From NCBI GenBank assembly GCA_964016885.1, contig OZ024743.1:74090001-74154000 (forward strand): a stretch of DNA of 64,000 bases, in the 5' to 3' direction. The translations under genes were made by a program, and so were the position numbers. Shown here piece after piece: positions 40,848 to 55,270 of this stretch. Each line of letters begins with the position of its first letter. Positions within the stretch are counted from its first letter, which is position 1. The notes under the pieces are model-generated. The model saw only the letters and a list, made by a program, of their open reading frames with translations. It was not told the origin of the DNA and did not search any database. The stretch comes from Eledone cirrhosa (Eukaryota).

Positions 40848-41641
40848 GAATTAGAAATAGCAGCCAGGACTATCCGTCATCAGTGGTCTACTACCCATCA
40901 TAGGTATTTCTTCGCATTACAGACCATATACCTCTGGCTAGAGCAATGCAATAACTAAATTAAGTTATTGGGATAAAAAGAGTTGGGTGGAGAAAGAGAG
41001 ACAGGTAAACAAACACGAATGGTGAGGTAACGTAAAGAGAGGAAAAAATGAGAAAATCAAGTCAATAATTCATTTTGAACATAAGAACGTGCAAATATTG
41101 ACGAGAAGACAAAAGACACATCTTAACCGTGCGAATGTGAGCGAGGAAAGAATTTCGTACGGTGTTGGACGATGGAGGAAGTGAGAGAGAGAGTGAGTAG
41201 CAGAGAGTGAGTGAGTGAAAGTGTGAGGAAGCGACTAGCCGAGAGGGAGGGTGACTAGCAGAGGGGGTGAGTGAAAGTAAGAGGGAGAAGGAGAGAGAAG
41301 GGGGAGAGAGAAAGATGATAGCAGTAAGGGAAGAGAAAAAGATAGGTCACAGCGAAGGGGAAAGCATATATGAATGAAAAATGGCGAGCTGTGTTGTTGC
41401 AAATATGATATATATAATATATATATAATATATATGATATATAATATATATGTATGATATATATAAATGCAAATATGATATATATAAATGAAGAATATGA
41501 TATTGTATGTATGTATATATGATTTTCTTAGGTACTTTGACTTGGACTAACCACTAATTTGCATCCACAACCAACTATATATATATATTGGGAGAGGAAA
41601 TACTGTATATATGTTATCAAATGATTCTATGGACGTACTTT

Positions 41642-41694
<53 letters not shown>

Positions 41695-42535
41695 ATATAA
41701 TTAAGGCTAGTTCTACAATGAAGCCATACCAGGAACGTACGTTTCGTTGGTTAAGACGACGAATTTTTCAGCCTGTGCCGAAGGAAAGGAACCTACAGGA
41801 CTTGTGTCACTTTCTACCTTGTATATTTCTACCAGTTATTTATAAGTTATGACAACTATATATGCATATATATGGTGGCTGCCAACTCGTTTTCGAGTAC
41901 GGCCACTACTTTATATCCATGTAGGAGAACCCCTACCGATGCGCTGAACAAGTGTGACTTTTTAGTCCAGCCAGCGACTTGAACACTCTGGTACAAACAC
42001 TACCCTTGTGACAATTATTGACACATAGTGCTGGGCCCATGGTACCATGTGACGACAAGTGCAGAGAGATCTCCAGATATAAAGCAATGCCTGTGCCGTG
42101 AAGCTTTTATTTGATTATGTTATTTTATTCTTTTATCATCTTATTCCTTCTACCATTTTACCACTTTTTTTTGTTTATATATTTGCTTATATTATCTTAT
42201 ATTATTTTATTTTATTCTATCTTATTTTATTTCATTTTATTTTATTCTACTTTTCTTTAATTTATTTTATTCGTATTTTTTAGTCTTTTACATTTTCATT
42301 TCATTCTATTATTTTTTTAATTATTTATTATTTATTTTTTATTTTCTTCATCTTATTGCCTTTTATTTCTTCATATGCTTGCCCCCCCCCCCACACACAC
42401 CACGTGAAATGGTGGCAGGATAGATGCCAACACACACAGATCCTTCTAAAATCAACAGCAGCAGGACTTAAGTCTGACCCCAGCACCAACACCACTACCA
42501 ACATAAGGGTAGAGGTCAGATGTACTTAACAATAA

Positions 42536-43225
42536 CAAAAACAACCACTACAGATTGCCTATAGCAATGGGCCACTATACAGGAGCAAATCATGGAATAG
42601 CTTAGATAGGGCTAGACATAAGATAGGGAAGGCCACATCATGGTACGACAACCAGAGATATCAGAGTGTCATGTTTGTGGACGCCACCCCTGGAGGGAAA
42701 TTAGCTAACCAGTGTAGAAAGGCCCTGAGAAAGACCCACTTAAAAATAAAGGTGGTAGAAAAGCCAGGAACCACCATAAAATCCCTGATCAGCAAAACCT
42801 ACCCTTTTAAGAAAACCCACTGTACCAATAGGAAATGTATCATATGTAAGGTGAACCCCCGGATAAACTGTAAAACTAGAAACGTAGTCTATAGCATAAG
42901 ATGTACAGAGGGTACTTGCAGAAACACGACAACAACATACATAGGTGAGACAGCTCGTAGCATAGGTGAAAGGATAGACCAACACTGGGGGGAACTAAAA
43001 GGACGAAAAAACGGGTCAGTACTATACGAACATGCTAGACAACATCATGACGGTAACATAGACAACATAGAAATTAGAATAATATCTAAACATAGGAATG
43101 ACCCAGCAGATAGGCAAATCAGAGAGGCCAGTGAAATAGAAATTAGAAGACCAAAGCTAAACAGAAAGAATGAGTGGAACAACAACAACACCCAAACAAA
43201 CAACACTGACCTAAGAGAAGTATAA
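42536..43225 (+). pseudogene. Penelope-like element C-terminal fragment: RT-thumb end, Cys-rich linker and GIY-YIG endonuclease (Naiad/Neptune-type)
   Basis: Frame is open from 42536: PLYRSKSW...KATSWY...SVMFVDATPGGKL...IKVVEKPG...CTNRKCIIC...C...NVVYSIRC...C...YIGETARSIGERIDQH...RQIREA...PKLN. 5'-truncated, no RT core. Confidence 0.88.
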
Positions 43226-43492
43226 ATAAATAAGTAAATTAAATTAAATAAAATAAGATAAATAAATACATACACAAGCACATAAACACACACTAGTCAC
43301 CCAGCAGACACAACACTATACACACTAGTCACACATCACACATAACACTATACACACACGCAAACGCATGCGCAAAGAAGACAAAATAAAATAAGATAAA
43401 CAAACAAGCAAATAAATAAATAAATATATAGACAGACTGAACAAAAAAATGGCGTAGACATACAACACAACAGGAGGAACAATGAATATAAC

Positions 43493-43533
43493 ACCACTGA
43501 CGATGTTGCAGATGTGCAACGAAAGATTTATGT
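43493..43533 (+). ncRNA. Hammerhead ribozyme motif in the pLTR downstream of the GIY-YIG ORF
   Basis: CTGACGA-T-GTTGCA-GATG-TGCAAC-GAAA-GATTTA. Stem II 6 bp; stems I and III weak. Position is equivalent to the 21832 motif. Confidence 0.68.
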
Positions 43534-43738
43534 AAACTATATATATATATGTGTTTGTCTATATTGTATCTGTATTATTTTTGACCGCCGGTCAGTCAAT
43601 GGCAACATTGAGGACCGAGGAAGTTAGATCGCAGATATATATATATAAAAGACAGCGAGAAGCGAAAACCAACCAAACAGTGAGTGTGTTCTGTTATTAA
43701 TTCTGGCAATATTACGCAAATAGACCCTCCCCAAATAT

Positions 43739-43832
<94 letters not shown>

Positions 43833-44574
43833 GACAGTGGTGTATATGAAAGAATACACGATATGTGTATGCATAACTTTTATGATTTTTGTGCTTACAC
43901 TCACAAGGCTGATTATATGTTGGGCTACCAGCTTGGAGGAATTAAGTTCATTATATAGTCAACTAGCATTCATTTTCTGAAGGCTTGTACTTAGTTTAGG
44001 GATCTCCTTTCGTCAAGTAAATAAGCTACGAGACATTAACACAGACACACATAGACATACAGACAGAGAGACTGAGAGGGATACAAAGAGAAAGATAGAT
44101 AGATAGATAAACTGACAGACAGGCAGGCTGATAGATACACAGACAAACAGATGGATAGATAGGTTGGTTGATAGGTACATATATACATACATACATAGAT
44201 AGACAGACAGGTAGGTAGATATATATAGATAGAAAGAAAGATATGTTGAGAGAGAGAAAGAAAATATCTATATATACGTATATGGGATTAGATTCAGTCG
44301 CTTAAAATGACGAGTGTTCCAGTTGTTGGACAACGGAACAGTTTTCTTGTGAAATTGACATGTAATCCTTCCACAGACACGTGTATCCTTAACTTGGGGA
44401 AATATATAGTGATACGGTGTGTGATAAGACTGCTCCTTTGAATTACGAACACAACCCATGTTTTAACAGCAAAGTATATAGTGTCCTGCACAATACACCA
44501 ACCGGTAGGAGAATTAAACTCAAGACTTTAATATCGGGAGCAAAGTACTCTACCCACTATATCTCTAAAGTCTG

Positions 44575-44840
44575 TCTCTTGCTCGGAGGCTCATCAAGAC
44601 GGTGCTTATCTCGGTTTCCGTGGTACGAAGCGATGAAGAGTACACGACATCCCCACTGAACAGGAGGCCTGTCCATCTCAGGGTTAAACCCCCCAGCTAT
44701 TGCTGGTACTCATTCTCAGCTGAGTATACTGTAGCAACGTGAAATACGATGTTTTGCTCAAGAACACAACACGCAACCCAGCCCAGTAATCGAACCTCCG
44801 ACATTATGATCATAAGTCAAACTCCCTTACCACTAGGCCT
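44575..44840 (-). mobile_element. tRNA-headed SINE (family B core, tail type 3)
   Basis: Shares gcaacgtgaaata...ttgctcaagaacacaac with other family B copies but has a different tail. Confidence 0.7.
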
Positions 44841-45914
44841 GGGCCATTTTTTAGTCACTTTATGTAAATATCTGCTCCTATATACAAACATAGATATTTA
44901 AATAAAGTGGCTGACAAAGAAAAGAAAGGAAAGCTTAGGGTATGACTCAGTGCGATCTAACTCTTTTACATTTATTTGTCGGAATATTTCTTATTCTTCG
45001 ATTCAAGCAGTGTCTTGTGTACGTGCTTCTATGACCTTCAGCCAATATCATCTCAGTATTAAATACTTTTCAACTCTACCATTCAGAGCAGGATGATATT
45101 GTCGGCTACATCTTAGATGAACGCCGCAAAAAAAAAAGAAAAAAGAAAAAAAAAATCGATGGATTTTTAGCACTGTTTTATTTCCATTTGTGGATTCATT
45201 CAATCGATCTAGTATTCTGACAATGCAACCAGAATTACCAATCTTTGAATATAGTCATAGTATGAAGATTTGTGAAACGACGTTTATTCACTGCCTAAAT
45301 CCAAATATCCGTACATAGAAACAGAAATTCACTTATATAAGTAGAGGTTTGTTTGTATATAAGTAGGGGAATATTTTCCTCTGTATGTGTGAGTCTTTCA
45401 ATTATATCTTTCTTATATCTTATTCTAAGTTGGAGGGTGGGGATTCAGGGGAAGGTTTGAAGTTCTAGGGAGCAGGATTGTGCGCAATGGTTAGTGCAGG
45501 TGCTGTGGGAGCGGCAGGTGAAGACCAGTCTCCACAGAGGATTAGTGTAGAAGATACAGGGAGAGGGTACCACAAATTTATGGAACAGAAACTGGTGTGT
45601 TTGGTGGGGAAATTTAGGTGAATCAACCGGATGGTATATTTATTATGTCCGGTTTATGACGTCTGTGTGATCAGTAGCACTACGTCCCAAATATAGGAGT
45701 AATACTTTCTTGGGTGTCCTCAATTCTTTCTCAAATGTTAGTATTTACTTGAAGGAAATTGAGTATTTTCTGGCACTAATGAGACAAGCCAGTTTGTGAG
45801 TGTATAATACAGATTTTGTAATACCTAGTTTGTACGTTTTCCAGAAAAGAGCGTCTCTATTATGTGACCTAGCGTTTATAGTTCAACTTGAAATTTCTTG
45901 TTATTATTTATTCG

Positions 45915-46322
45915 TGCGGTGGTTTGGCATTATCGGTAGGGGGTCGGACGCCATGCTTTCCAGCATAGTTACGTCCCTTTACGATCTGAGTTCAAATCCC
46001 GCCGAGGTTGACTTTGCCTTTCATCCTTACGGGGTCGATAAAATAAAGTACCAGTAATGCACTGGGTAATTGCTGGCCTTGTGCCTAAAGTAGAAACAAT
46101 TATTTATTTGTGCCATGGCAGTATCGGTAGAAGGTCGGACAACATACTTTGCAGCATAGAGTTACGGCCCTTTATGATCTGAGTTCAAATCCCGCTGAGA
46201 TTAACTTTGCCTTGCATCCTTACGGGGTCGATAAAATAAAGTACCAGTCACGCACTGGGGTCGATTTAATCGACTTTCCCCTCTCCCCAAATTGCTGGCA
46301 TTGTGCATATATAAGAAACCAT
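45915..46322 (+). mobile_element. Two tandem family-A SINEs (short + long form)
   Basis: Both end in gaaac(a/c)attatttatttgtgccat. Confidence 0.87.
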
Positions 46323-47609
46323 TATTTATTTGTGCCATTCAAAATGACATAATGAACATAATTAATGAGAATAAATTAGGCAATATTTTTAGGTCTATAT
46401 ATTGTGTAAAACAGGGCTGGCATAGTGTCTAATTTTTATATAAATGATACTTTTGTGAGGAAAGTTAGAGCACTGTAGGGGCCATCATCATTGTATGAGG
46501 TGGGTTTCTTGAATTGAATAACGGCAGGATGTCGTTGGGTCTCCTACCAGTTGGATTTGCCTGTTAAAATCTGTCCAGTGATTCTTTCCTGAGACCTTCT
46601 AACCCCATGCCCATAGTATTGGAGGTGTGCTCTTTCAATTCAGAGAAGTAGTGGCTCTACCGAATATGTACACGATCGGAATAGAGAGCAAAGCATAGAA
46701 CGTTAAAGTGTGATGAATGTTACAGTATGAACTTAAGATTAGCTAAGGATGGTCAGGCTGTGAGTTAGATTTCAAGGAAATTGATTGCATAATTAACATA
46801 CAGGAGCAGATATTAGAGATAGTGATGTTAGAAAACCCGAGAGGAATGGTTGTTGAACCAGGCTTGTGAGCTACATAAGGAGAGAAACACTTCATCATAT
46901 GTTATCTCTTCGCTAAATATTTGCTAGAAATTATTGTATTATATTAATCAGTATAACCATGCTTGCTGGTTTGTAAGCACATGGGCAAAACAAAAAATGG
47001 TGATTACAAATATTTCTGTGTACTTTAGTATTGTATAAAATGGGGGTTATGGTTAGGGTCAAGGTTAGGGACCAATTAATGGGATTTTGAATGTTGAATC
47101 CGTAAATTATTCATTACCAGAAAGCTAGATTAAATTTATAGGAAGAGGTTACGGGTATAGCCATTCCCAGCGAGAAAACTACACAGTAAATGTAGCTTAA
47201 AAGATGCATTAAATACGTATAAAAATGTTATGGGTTGAATATGGAAGAATTGAACAAGAAAAAAAACAAAAAAACCCACGTTAATTAAAACCAGGGTTGT
47301 AGGTTCAAATGAAGCCTGGGTAGATCAGAAAGAAATTGAAGGCTGTTATCAAACACACACAAGATTGACAAATTGACACGAAATATGACTAATATTACTG
47401 AGAAAGGCATGAACGACAATACATCTTTTATTACTTCGATTTTTAAAGTAGGTTTATAAATAATAATTGTCGGTAGGTTTCAATGACACTTCCTTCAATA
47501 AATATGCTTATTTCAACACCTGTAGAAATAAGCATATTTATTGAAGGAAGTGCTGTCTTGGCCGTGTTGGCTGAAACAATTCAAACAAATTAAGGATCAT
47601 AAACCAAGA

Positions 47610-47795
47610 TGGACTGGTAGTATCGGTAGAGGGCCTGACCCCCATACTTTGCAGCAAAGAGTTACGGCCCTTTATGTTCTGAGTTCAAATCCCGCCGAGG
47701 TTAACTTTGCTTTTCAGCCTTACTGGGTCGATAAAATAAAGTACCAGTAATACACTGGGATAATTGCTGGCCTTGTGCCAAAAGTAGAAACAATT
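47610..47795 (+). mobile_element. Family-A SINE
   Basis: Consensus core and tail present. Confidence 0.85.
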
Positions 47796-47842
47796 ATTTT
47801 GAGAAAAGTAATGTCTAAACTATCCAAATTGTTTTATAATTC

Positions 47843-48100
47843 TTGGAGACTTCTGGTGTCCTTGGCCCTAGAACCACCTCCCCACTCACCAACATGGCCA
47901 TCGAGTTGGCTACCAGCAGGTGTGAGCCTCGTGAGCTAGGATGGCTTTTTCAACGCGTCACCCTCACCATCCTCCGAGGAAACGCCTTATCTATTCTTCC
48001 ACCGGGGTCACGGGGCGACCAGCGCGTGGGCTATCGTTTGCTTATAGTAGTGAGTGATGGGGAGAGCGAGAGAGACGAAGGCAGGGAGTGAAAGAGAGAG
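47843..48100 (+). mobile_element. CRE-like non-LTR element 3' end (RLE C-terminus) running into a degenerate GA tract
   Basis: ETSGVLGPRTT...LA...EPRELGWLFQRVTLTILRGNALSIL. Homologous to 62540-62745 on the minus strand. Confidence 0.75.
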
Positions 48101-50289
48101 AACATCAGCAACAGATTTACCAACAGGTCTTTATTTTACCTATCCCTGGACAATTGTATATTTTGGTCCAATGTATAATACTTACAAGGTGGTGAATTGT
48201 CAGAGTTGTTAGAACGTCGGATAGAATGCATTAAGGTATCCGTTTCGGTTCTCTGTTCTCTGAGTTCAGATCCCACCGAGGTCAACTTTGCCTTTCATTC
48301 ATTCAAGGTCGATAAAAATGTACCAGTCTTGTACTGGGGTTAATTCTTCCTCTTTATCTCTTTTTCCCTTCCTTTTTTCCCACTTACACTATCCTTCTCT
48401 GAAAGAAACTTGCTGTGTTCAGATCTAGAGAGGATTAGACTCCGCCAGGTTTTAAAATGCCCTAGAAACGCCTTATGACAATACGGTGCCCCTACGACTC
48501 CCTCGGAGTTACTGGTGGGAAATTAAATGAATACTAGTTACTACAGAGTCGATAATAAAGATTTCTATATTTCATATAAGACCCAAATTGATAGAATTGT
48601 TGTTACTATATTGTTGTTACGTATCAACCCCAGATGTTAAGCAACATTAACACTGGCAAGATTTTACTCAGTAACATCAGTAATAGAAAATCAATTGATA
48701 TTACTCTATTTTATCTTTGCTATCTTCGTAACTTTAACAACAACAACATCAACAGCAACAACAACACGAGAGATATCAATAAGGAATTCTAACATAGATA
48801 CAACACCACAACTTTGGTATGAAGTGTAGTGAATTATATCGAACCTAAGTTCTTGACTGGTACCTATTTTATTGCCCATTGAATTAATCAACATTTAATT
48901 TATGGATCTTGGAAGGATCAAATCTAGGTGGACTGCGGCGAGACTTGAACGTTTATATAACACAATAGCTTAACTAAATCTTTTCGTCATGGCTTATACC
49001 ATTTCTACTCCTACGCCAGCCTGGATAGGGAAATATTAAAAAAAAATCTTTTGGAGATATTCCAAGATGTATTCATTTATTATCGTTATTTTCGTTGCCA
49101 TTTTCTCTATTGTTGTGCCAAATATTTGTAGTTGTTGTAGACATTATTGATGTAAGTGCCTAAGTATCCTGATAAACCCATACGTTTGATATCTGTTATC
49201 AATTAAAAACCAATCTGGTACACATAAGCGTCATTGGTTTATTTACGTTGCTGCCGTCCAATTGAACATGGGATACAATGTGTATAAAACATATGTTTCA
49301 CATCTGTCAAGTATTTTTAACATCTGTTTTGCTTTTTGTTTTTAGTATTATTGATATATTCTACCAGAGGTGAAATCTGGTCATGTCATCAGAATACTGA
49401 GCTACGAGTTTAAAATATAATTGTTCATGTTTTTTAACGGCAAAAATTTGGGAGTCTATTTGGAGATAGGTATAGTAGTATAACGACACTTGTTTGTAGT
49501 AACGTGATTCAATACCACTGCGCGCCATATTGCGTGTTTTCTGTTCCATCCTGGAGGAGACTGATATCCTGTCAAGGAAATTTGCTGGACGAAAATTGAT
49601 CGGAAGCAGTAAAATATACATATGTACATATGTGTGTTCGTGTATCTGTCTGTGTTCCGGTATTAGTCCGAACGCTGAGTTACGTCCGTCAACAACCCAA
49701 ATAATAAAATGTAAACATTAGATATATGGAGATCGATATTAGAAGTGTAAGAAATACAAACATGTCAAGAATCTAATGACTGAAAACCTAACAGAAAAAC
49801 AAAATATACATACATACATACATACATACATACATACATACATACATTATTGGGGCATGGGAATATGTTAGTAACTGCCTCAATACAAATCTTGAAAAGC
49901 TGCGCTTCACAGGAACAGAAATAACACAACTAGTTAGGAAATTACAAGTACAATCAATTAATGGAACAGTAAAAATATGGAAAATATGCCAAAAATTCTG
50001 TATCTATTAACTGTATATACACATGTACCGATACAAAGCATATACACATGCACACATACAACTCAAAACATACCCATCCACACATACAATAACATCCATA
50101 CCTGCACACATATGGAGACATGCATACATATCTACCAAGTTGATGTTGTTTAAATTCCAATGAGAGAGTCTTGTGTCTATGTTAGACACCGACTCTCTCT
50201 CTATTCGGAAAAATGTGTGAAATTATAAAATCAGAAGAACATACATACATGTGTCTGTGTGTGAGGGAGAGAGGGGAGAGAGACCCTCC

Positions 50290-51230
50290 AAACTCAGTGA
50301 TTTTCGCCTCATACACGCACCCATTGTCCAGGTTGGAGCTAAATTCCTCTAATCACTACCTCCCTCCTACCACTTGCTCAGTTGCGCAAAGTGCCGCTAG
50401 AAACCCCCTCATATCTGCTTGGAATCAAACAACATGCACCCAATTTGGTCCATCAAATATTAAATTGTGGCTTTACTCCCATGCTACCCCGGGTAACTTG
50501 GGTCCATCGAAAGACTTTCGTTTCTTCCTATCCCAGGACACTTGGCTGATAATGTAATCTTCATATTCCGTATTAACGAAATAGTCCAGAGACATTCTTG
50601 CTACTAGACAATCATTTATGTTACCATTCCTAATCACCCATTCTAGTGTAACTGCTAACACTCTACCGTATTTTTCCTATCACCATTTCTTTGTTAAAAC
50701 TACTGATTCTATTCTAACCACTTTCTTGAGGGTGTGTCACCACCAGATGTTGACGATTGCTGCTCTAAACTGGCGCTCAACTAATATACTAATCTGATCT
50801 CTGTAGGCTTTATGCACCGGGAATTGCGTGTTTAGCTCCATGTGGCCGGCTCTCTATCTATGGAATTTATCTATGTCGACCTTGCGAATCACACATTTGT
50901 GGACGGCGTATATGACCATTTGTAAATAGGGACACTACATTATCTCTATCCGCCAACCAAACAAAAAACCTATCCAGACTATTCTATGCATTTATACTAT
51001 ATCCTCTTTGCCATATTCTTAAAATCTCACCACTACCTGTTAGACAGTTGAAACCGACTGATCAGGAGTGTTAGACTTTTGCTATCAACTCGACCTTATA
51101 TAGTCCAATAATCCGTTTCGGGCCTTACTAAGAGATAACAGAGGATCCTAGAAAGTCTTCTAAATGTCTGAAGAATCCCGTTTGTCCTGTTCCTCTTCAC
51201 GCTCAGGAACATAAACTTACCAACTGGGCA
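50290..51230 (-). mobile_element. Heavily decayed third copy of the L1/Tx1-group LINE (ORF2 endonuclease/linker)
   Basis: Minus strand ccaagcagatatg...gcactttgcgcaactg matches 11073-11116; ttcttcagacatttagaagactttctagg matches the FFxRLExFLG segment. Confidence 0.75.
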
Positions 51231-52639
51231 CAAGAAGATCGATAAATTATATAAATGTGTGTAGGTATTGTTGGTGTGTAGTATGTTCAGTGTGTAGATA
51301 TGGATTATGTGTGTGTATGTATATTTATTGCATTTAGATATAATGTGTGTATCATATGTTGTGTGTATAGATATTTATTGTATGTATATATGTTTGTACA
51401 TTAACATGCAGATCTATCCGAAACAGTACTACCTCTCCATCTCAGGTTTCAGGCAGATTAAGAAATGCATATATCTGAAAGTCGTTAAAAGTTGACATCA
51501 GGTCGTTGAGCAAGTGTCCCTGTTTCCAGGACAGCCCTATGTAACGTATATGTATTCAACCCACACTTAGAACTGTGATGTTGGTAGAAGTGAGAGAGGA
51601 GAACGCGGGTTAACTTCTTGTTTCTGTTGCTGATCTGTTGGCTCAGGCTCTATTTCAGTTTGGAAGTTAAGAACATTTCATTATTTCATAGTTAACTTTG
51701 CCTTTCATCCTTACGGGTTCGATAAAATAAAGTACCAGTAATGTACTAGGTAATTGCTGGCCTTGTGCCAAAAGTAGAAACAATTATTTCACAGTTTATA
51801 TATATATATATAAAGTACCAGTCACGCACTGGGGACGATTGAATCGACCCCCCCAAAAAAAAATTGCTGGCCTTGTGCCTATATAAGAAACCATTATTTC
51901 ATAGTTTAGAATTGGTAAACTTTTCATTTTCATATATTTTGGCATTTTAATTGCGCAGGTTTTAAAAGCCATCTCAATTTCGTTCCCTTGTGCTACGAAG
52001 GACATAAGATTTTGTTTCAGATCGATATTATTGCATATTTGTGTATGGGTTTTGTTGTTGTTGTTGCCCTAGTTGTGTCTTTTGTTGTTGTTGCTGTTGG
52101 AGTTTTCTATTTGTTTGTTGTTGTTGCTGCTGCAGTTGTGTGTTTGTTTGTAATTGTTGTTGTAGTTGTGTGATTTGTTGTTGCCGTTGCTGCAGTTGTT
52201 TCAGTTAGCAGTTATCAAAGAAGGAAAATAACAGTGATGTCATGTAATGACATCACATGCCTCATTTTGTCTTTCTGGTGTCGCTGCCATGGTGGGAATG
52301 GCAGTGGGAGCTGGATTTTATTTCTTTATTTGACGAACAAACTTTTGAATTATTCCTCAAACAAGAACAAAAATGGTTTCGTCTTTTGGGGTTTTTTTTC
52401 TGCTTTCTTTGCAGTGCGAAGTTATGAAGAGGAGACAACGAAACGTGAAACAGTGTGTTTTGTAAACAAAGAAATCATATATACTATATATATATATTAC
52501 TCTTTTACTCTTTTACCTGTTTCAGCCATCCGGCTGAGGCCATGCTGGGGCACCGCCCTTATATATATATATATATATATATATCCACACACAGGAGGTA
52601 AAGTAATCTACGTTAGAGAACAGTAAGAGAGAAATAATA

Positions 52640-52812
52640 ATTGTTTCTACTTTTGGTACAAGGCCAGCAATTACTCACTACATTACTGGTACTTCATTTT
52701 ATCGACCACGTAAGGATGAAAGGCAAAGTTAACCTCCGCGGGATTTGAACTCAGATCGTAAAGGGACGTAACTATGCTGGAAAGCATGTCTGACCCTCTA
52801 CCGATACTGCCA
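52640..52812 (-). mobile_element. Family-A SINE, followed by (GAA)n at 52832-52958
   Basis: Consensus core present. Confidence 0.83.
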
Positions 52813-53593
52813 AAATAATAATAATGATACGAGAAGAAGAAGAAGAAGAAGAAGAAGAAGAAGAAGAAGAAGAAGAAGAAGAAGAAGAAGAAGAAGAAGA
52901 AGAAGAAGAAGAAGAAGAAGAAGAAGAAGAAGAAGAAGAAGAAGAAGAAGAAGAAGAAAGAAAGAAATAGAAAAAGGTAAAGAAGAAAGAAAGAGAAAAA
53001 GGAAAAGAAGAAAGAAAGAGAAGATGAAGAAGAAAAAGAAAGAGAAGATGAAGAAGGAGGATTATAGAAGAAGGGGGAGGAGAGAAGAAGAATGAGTATG
53101 AGATGCAGTGATTGGTTGTTAAAAATATGTAAAATCGTGGTAAATAATATATCTGAAATACTTGGTGCAAACGAGAAATGTCTCAGCGGAATTTATCGAC
53201 CCAACTTTCTACAGTAACAACGAAGGCAATTTTATTGACATCCAAACTTGAGAACTAACTATTCCAAGAACAATTCTAATAAGAATCCGAGTAGTAACTA
53301 AATTGTATTCTATAAATAAAATTCCTGATTTCCAATAACATTGAGTTTGGCCAGCGAGCAATCTGTATTGACCAATAGTAATACATGACGTCATTTCTAT
53401 TTCCTGAACACAATTTATGTATTGCAACACATCCTTTCATAAAATCCTCCCATACTTACAATAATTCTTCTTTTATTCTTTCACGTATTTTTAAGCAAAT
53501 TCTGGAAATATTTCTTCTGTGGTATTTCCCCACCAAACTCTTCATATTTATATCATTTAACAATAACAAAAAACAACAACAATATAACAATAA

Positions 53594-54242
53594 TTATTTC
53601 TACTTTTGGCACAAGACCAGCAATTACCCAGTGCATTACTGGTACTTTATTTTATCGAGCTCGTATGGATGAAAGGCAAAGTTAACATCGGCGGGATTTG
53701 AACTCAGAATGGCAAGGGCCATAACTCTATGCGTCAAAGCATGGTGTCCGAGCCTCTACCGATACTGCCAATCCACCCCTATAACAATAATAACGGTTTC
53801 TTATTTAAGTACAAGGCCAACAATTTTGGGGATGGGGAAGTCGGCCAAAACGACCCCAGTGCGTGACTGGTACTTTGTTGTACCGTCCCCGTATGGATGA
53901 AAGGCAAAGCTAACCTCGACAGGATTTGAACTCAGAACGCAAAGGGATGTAACTATGCGGCGAAGCATATTTTCCGACGTTCTACCGATACTACCAATCC
54001 ATCGCCCTAACAACAATAACAACAACAACAATACTGGTTTCTGATTTAGGCACAAGGCCAGCAATTTGGAGGGGAAGGGGAAAGTTGATTAAATGAATCC
54101 CAGTGTGGTACTGGTGTTTTATTTTATCGACTCTGTAAGGATGAAAGGCAAAGGTAACCTCGGTGGGATTTGAATTCAGAATGTAAAGGGCCGTAACTCT
54201 ATGCTGCGAAACATTGTGTCAGGCGCTCTACCGATTCTGCTA
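53594..54242 (-). mobile_element. Three tandem family-A SINEs
   Basis: Co-oriented copies separated by (AAC/AAT)n spacers. Confidence 0.86.
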
Positions 54243-54382
54243 CATGAGGGATATGAATAAGGACTTCTAACATAAATACAATGTCACAACGTTTATGTGA
54301 AGAGTAGTGAATTATATTTATGGTTTTATTGGCTGCTATCCCAAGATAATACACACCCACAAGTCACATATAAACGCAGAAA

Positions 54383-54469
<87 letters not shown>

Positions 54470-55014
54470 TACAAACACACACACACATATTTCTTTTCTG
54501 GATCCTGTGTAGGTTTCGACCCTGAATATTCCAGTTTTTCTATCAACTTAAGTACCAACTCATTGAATTATAATTGTGTGAGTATTCTAGAGACATTTGT
54601 AACTTCAGCTTAATCATCAACCAGAGCCATTGCTTGCGACACAATAATTGTTTCTACTTTTGACACAAGGCCAACAATTAGCCCAGTATATTACTGGTAC
54701 TTTATTTTATCGACCCCGTAAGGATGAAAGACAAAGTTAACCTCGGCGGGATTTGAACTCAGACCATAAAGTGGCGTAACTCTATGCTACAAAGCATAGC
54801 AACACAATAATAAAGGCTAACCTTTGAAGGTAGGGTCTAATAGGTTTCCATACACTTTCTGTCAACACAATTTCACAAACAAGGCTTGAGTCGACTAACA
54901 GCCATAATAAAAGACCCATGATCATGACACAACTCAGTTTAATCGAACACAGGAAATCTAAACACTCACTCATATATGCATGAGTACACATACATATATG
55001 TACATGTGTGTATT

Positions 55015-55067
<53 letters not shown>

Positions 55068-55219
55068 CACGCACATATGCCTTTGTTACCCTAAATATAG
55101 TTTTTAAAGAATTCCCTTTTCTTTAAACCCATCAACCAATGTCCTCCACCCATCCCAATCACCACCCTCTCCTACCACCAGAAAAGATATAAATACCACC
55201 ATATTACTTGGACAGTCGG

Positions 55220-55262
55220 CTTCCTGATGATTTCTCCCGAATGAAACAGTTCTAGTCGAGAG
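55220..55262 (+). ncRNA. Hammerhead ribozyme-like motif
   Basis: TTC-CTGATGA-TTTC-TCCC-GAAT-GAAAC-AGTTCTA-GTC-GAG: core boxes and GTC site intact, stems short. Confidence 0.55.
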
Positions 55263-55270
55263 AGAGAGAG

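Noticed and set aside
53200-53560. Possible host exon in non-repetitive sequence (also 16050-16550 and 25200-25500)
   Set aside because: No recognisable domain or convincing splice-bounded frame; small exons cannot be excluded without RNA-seq.
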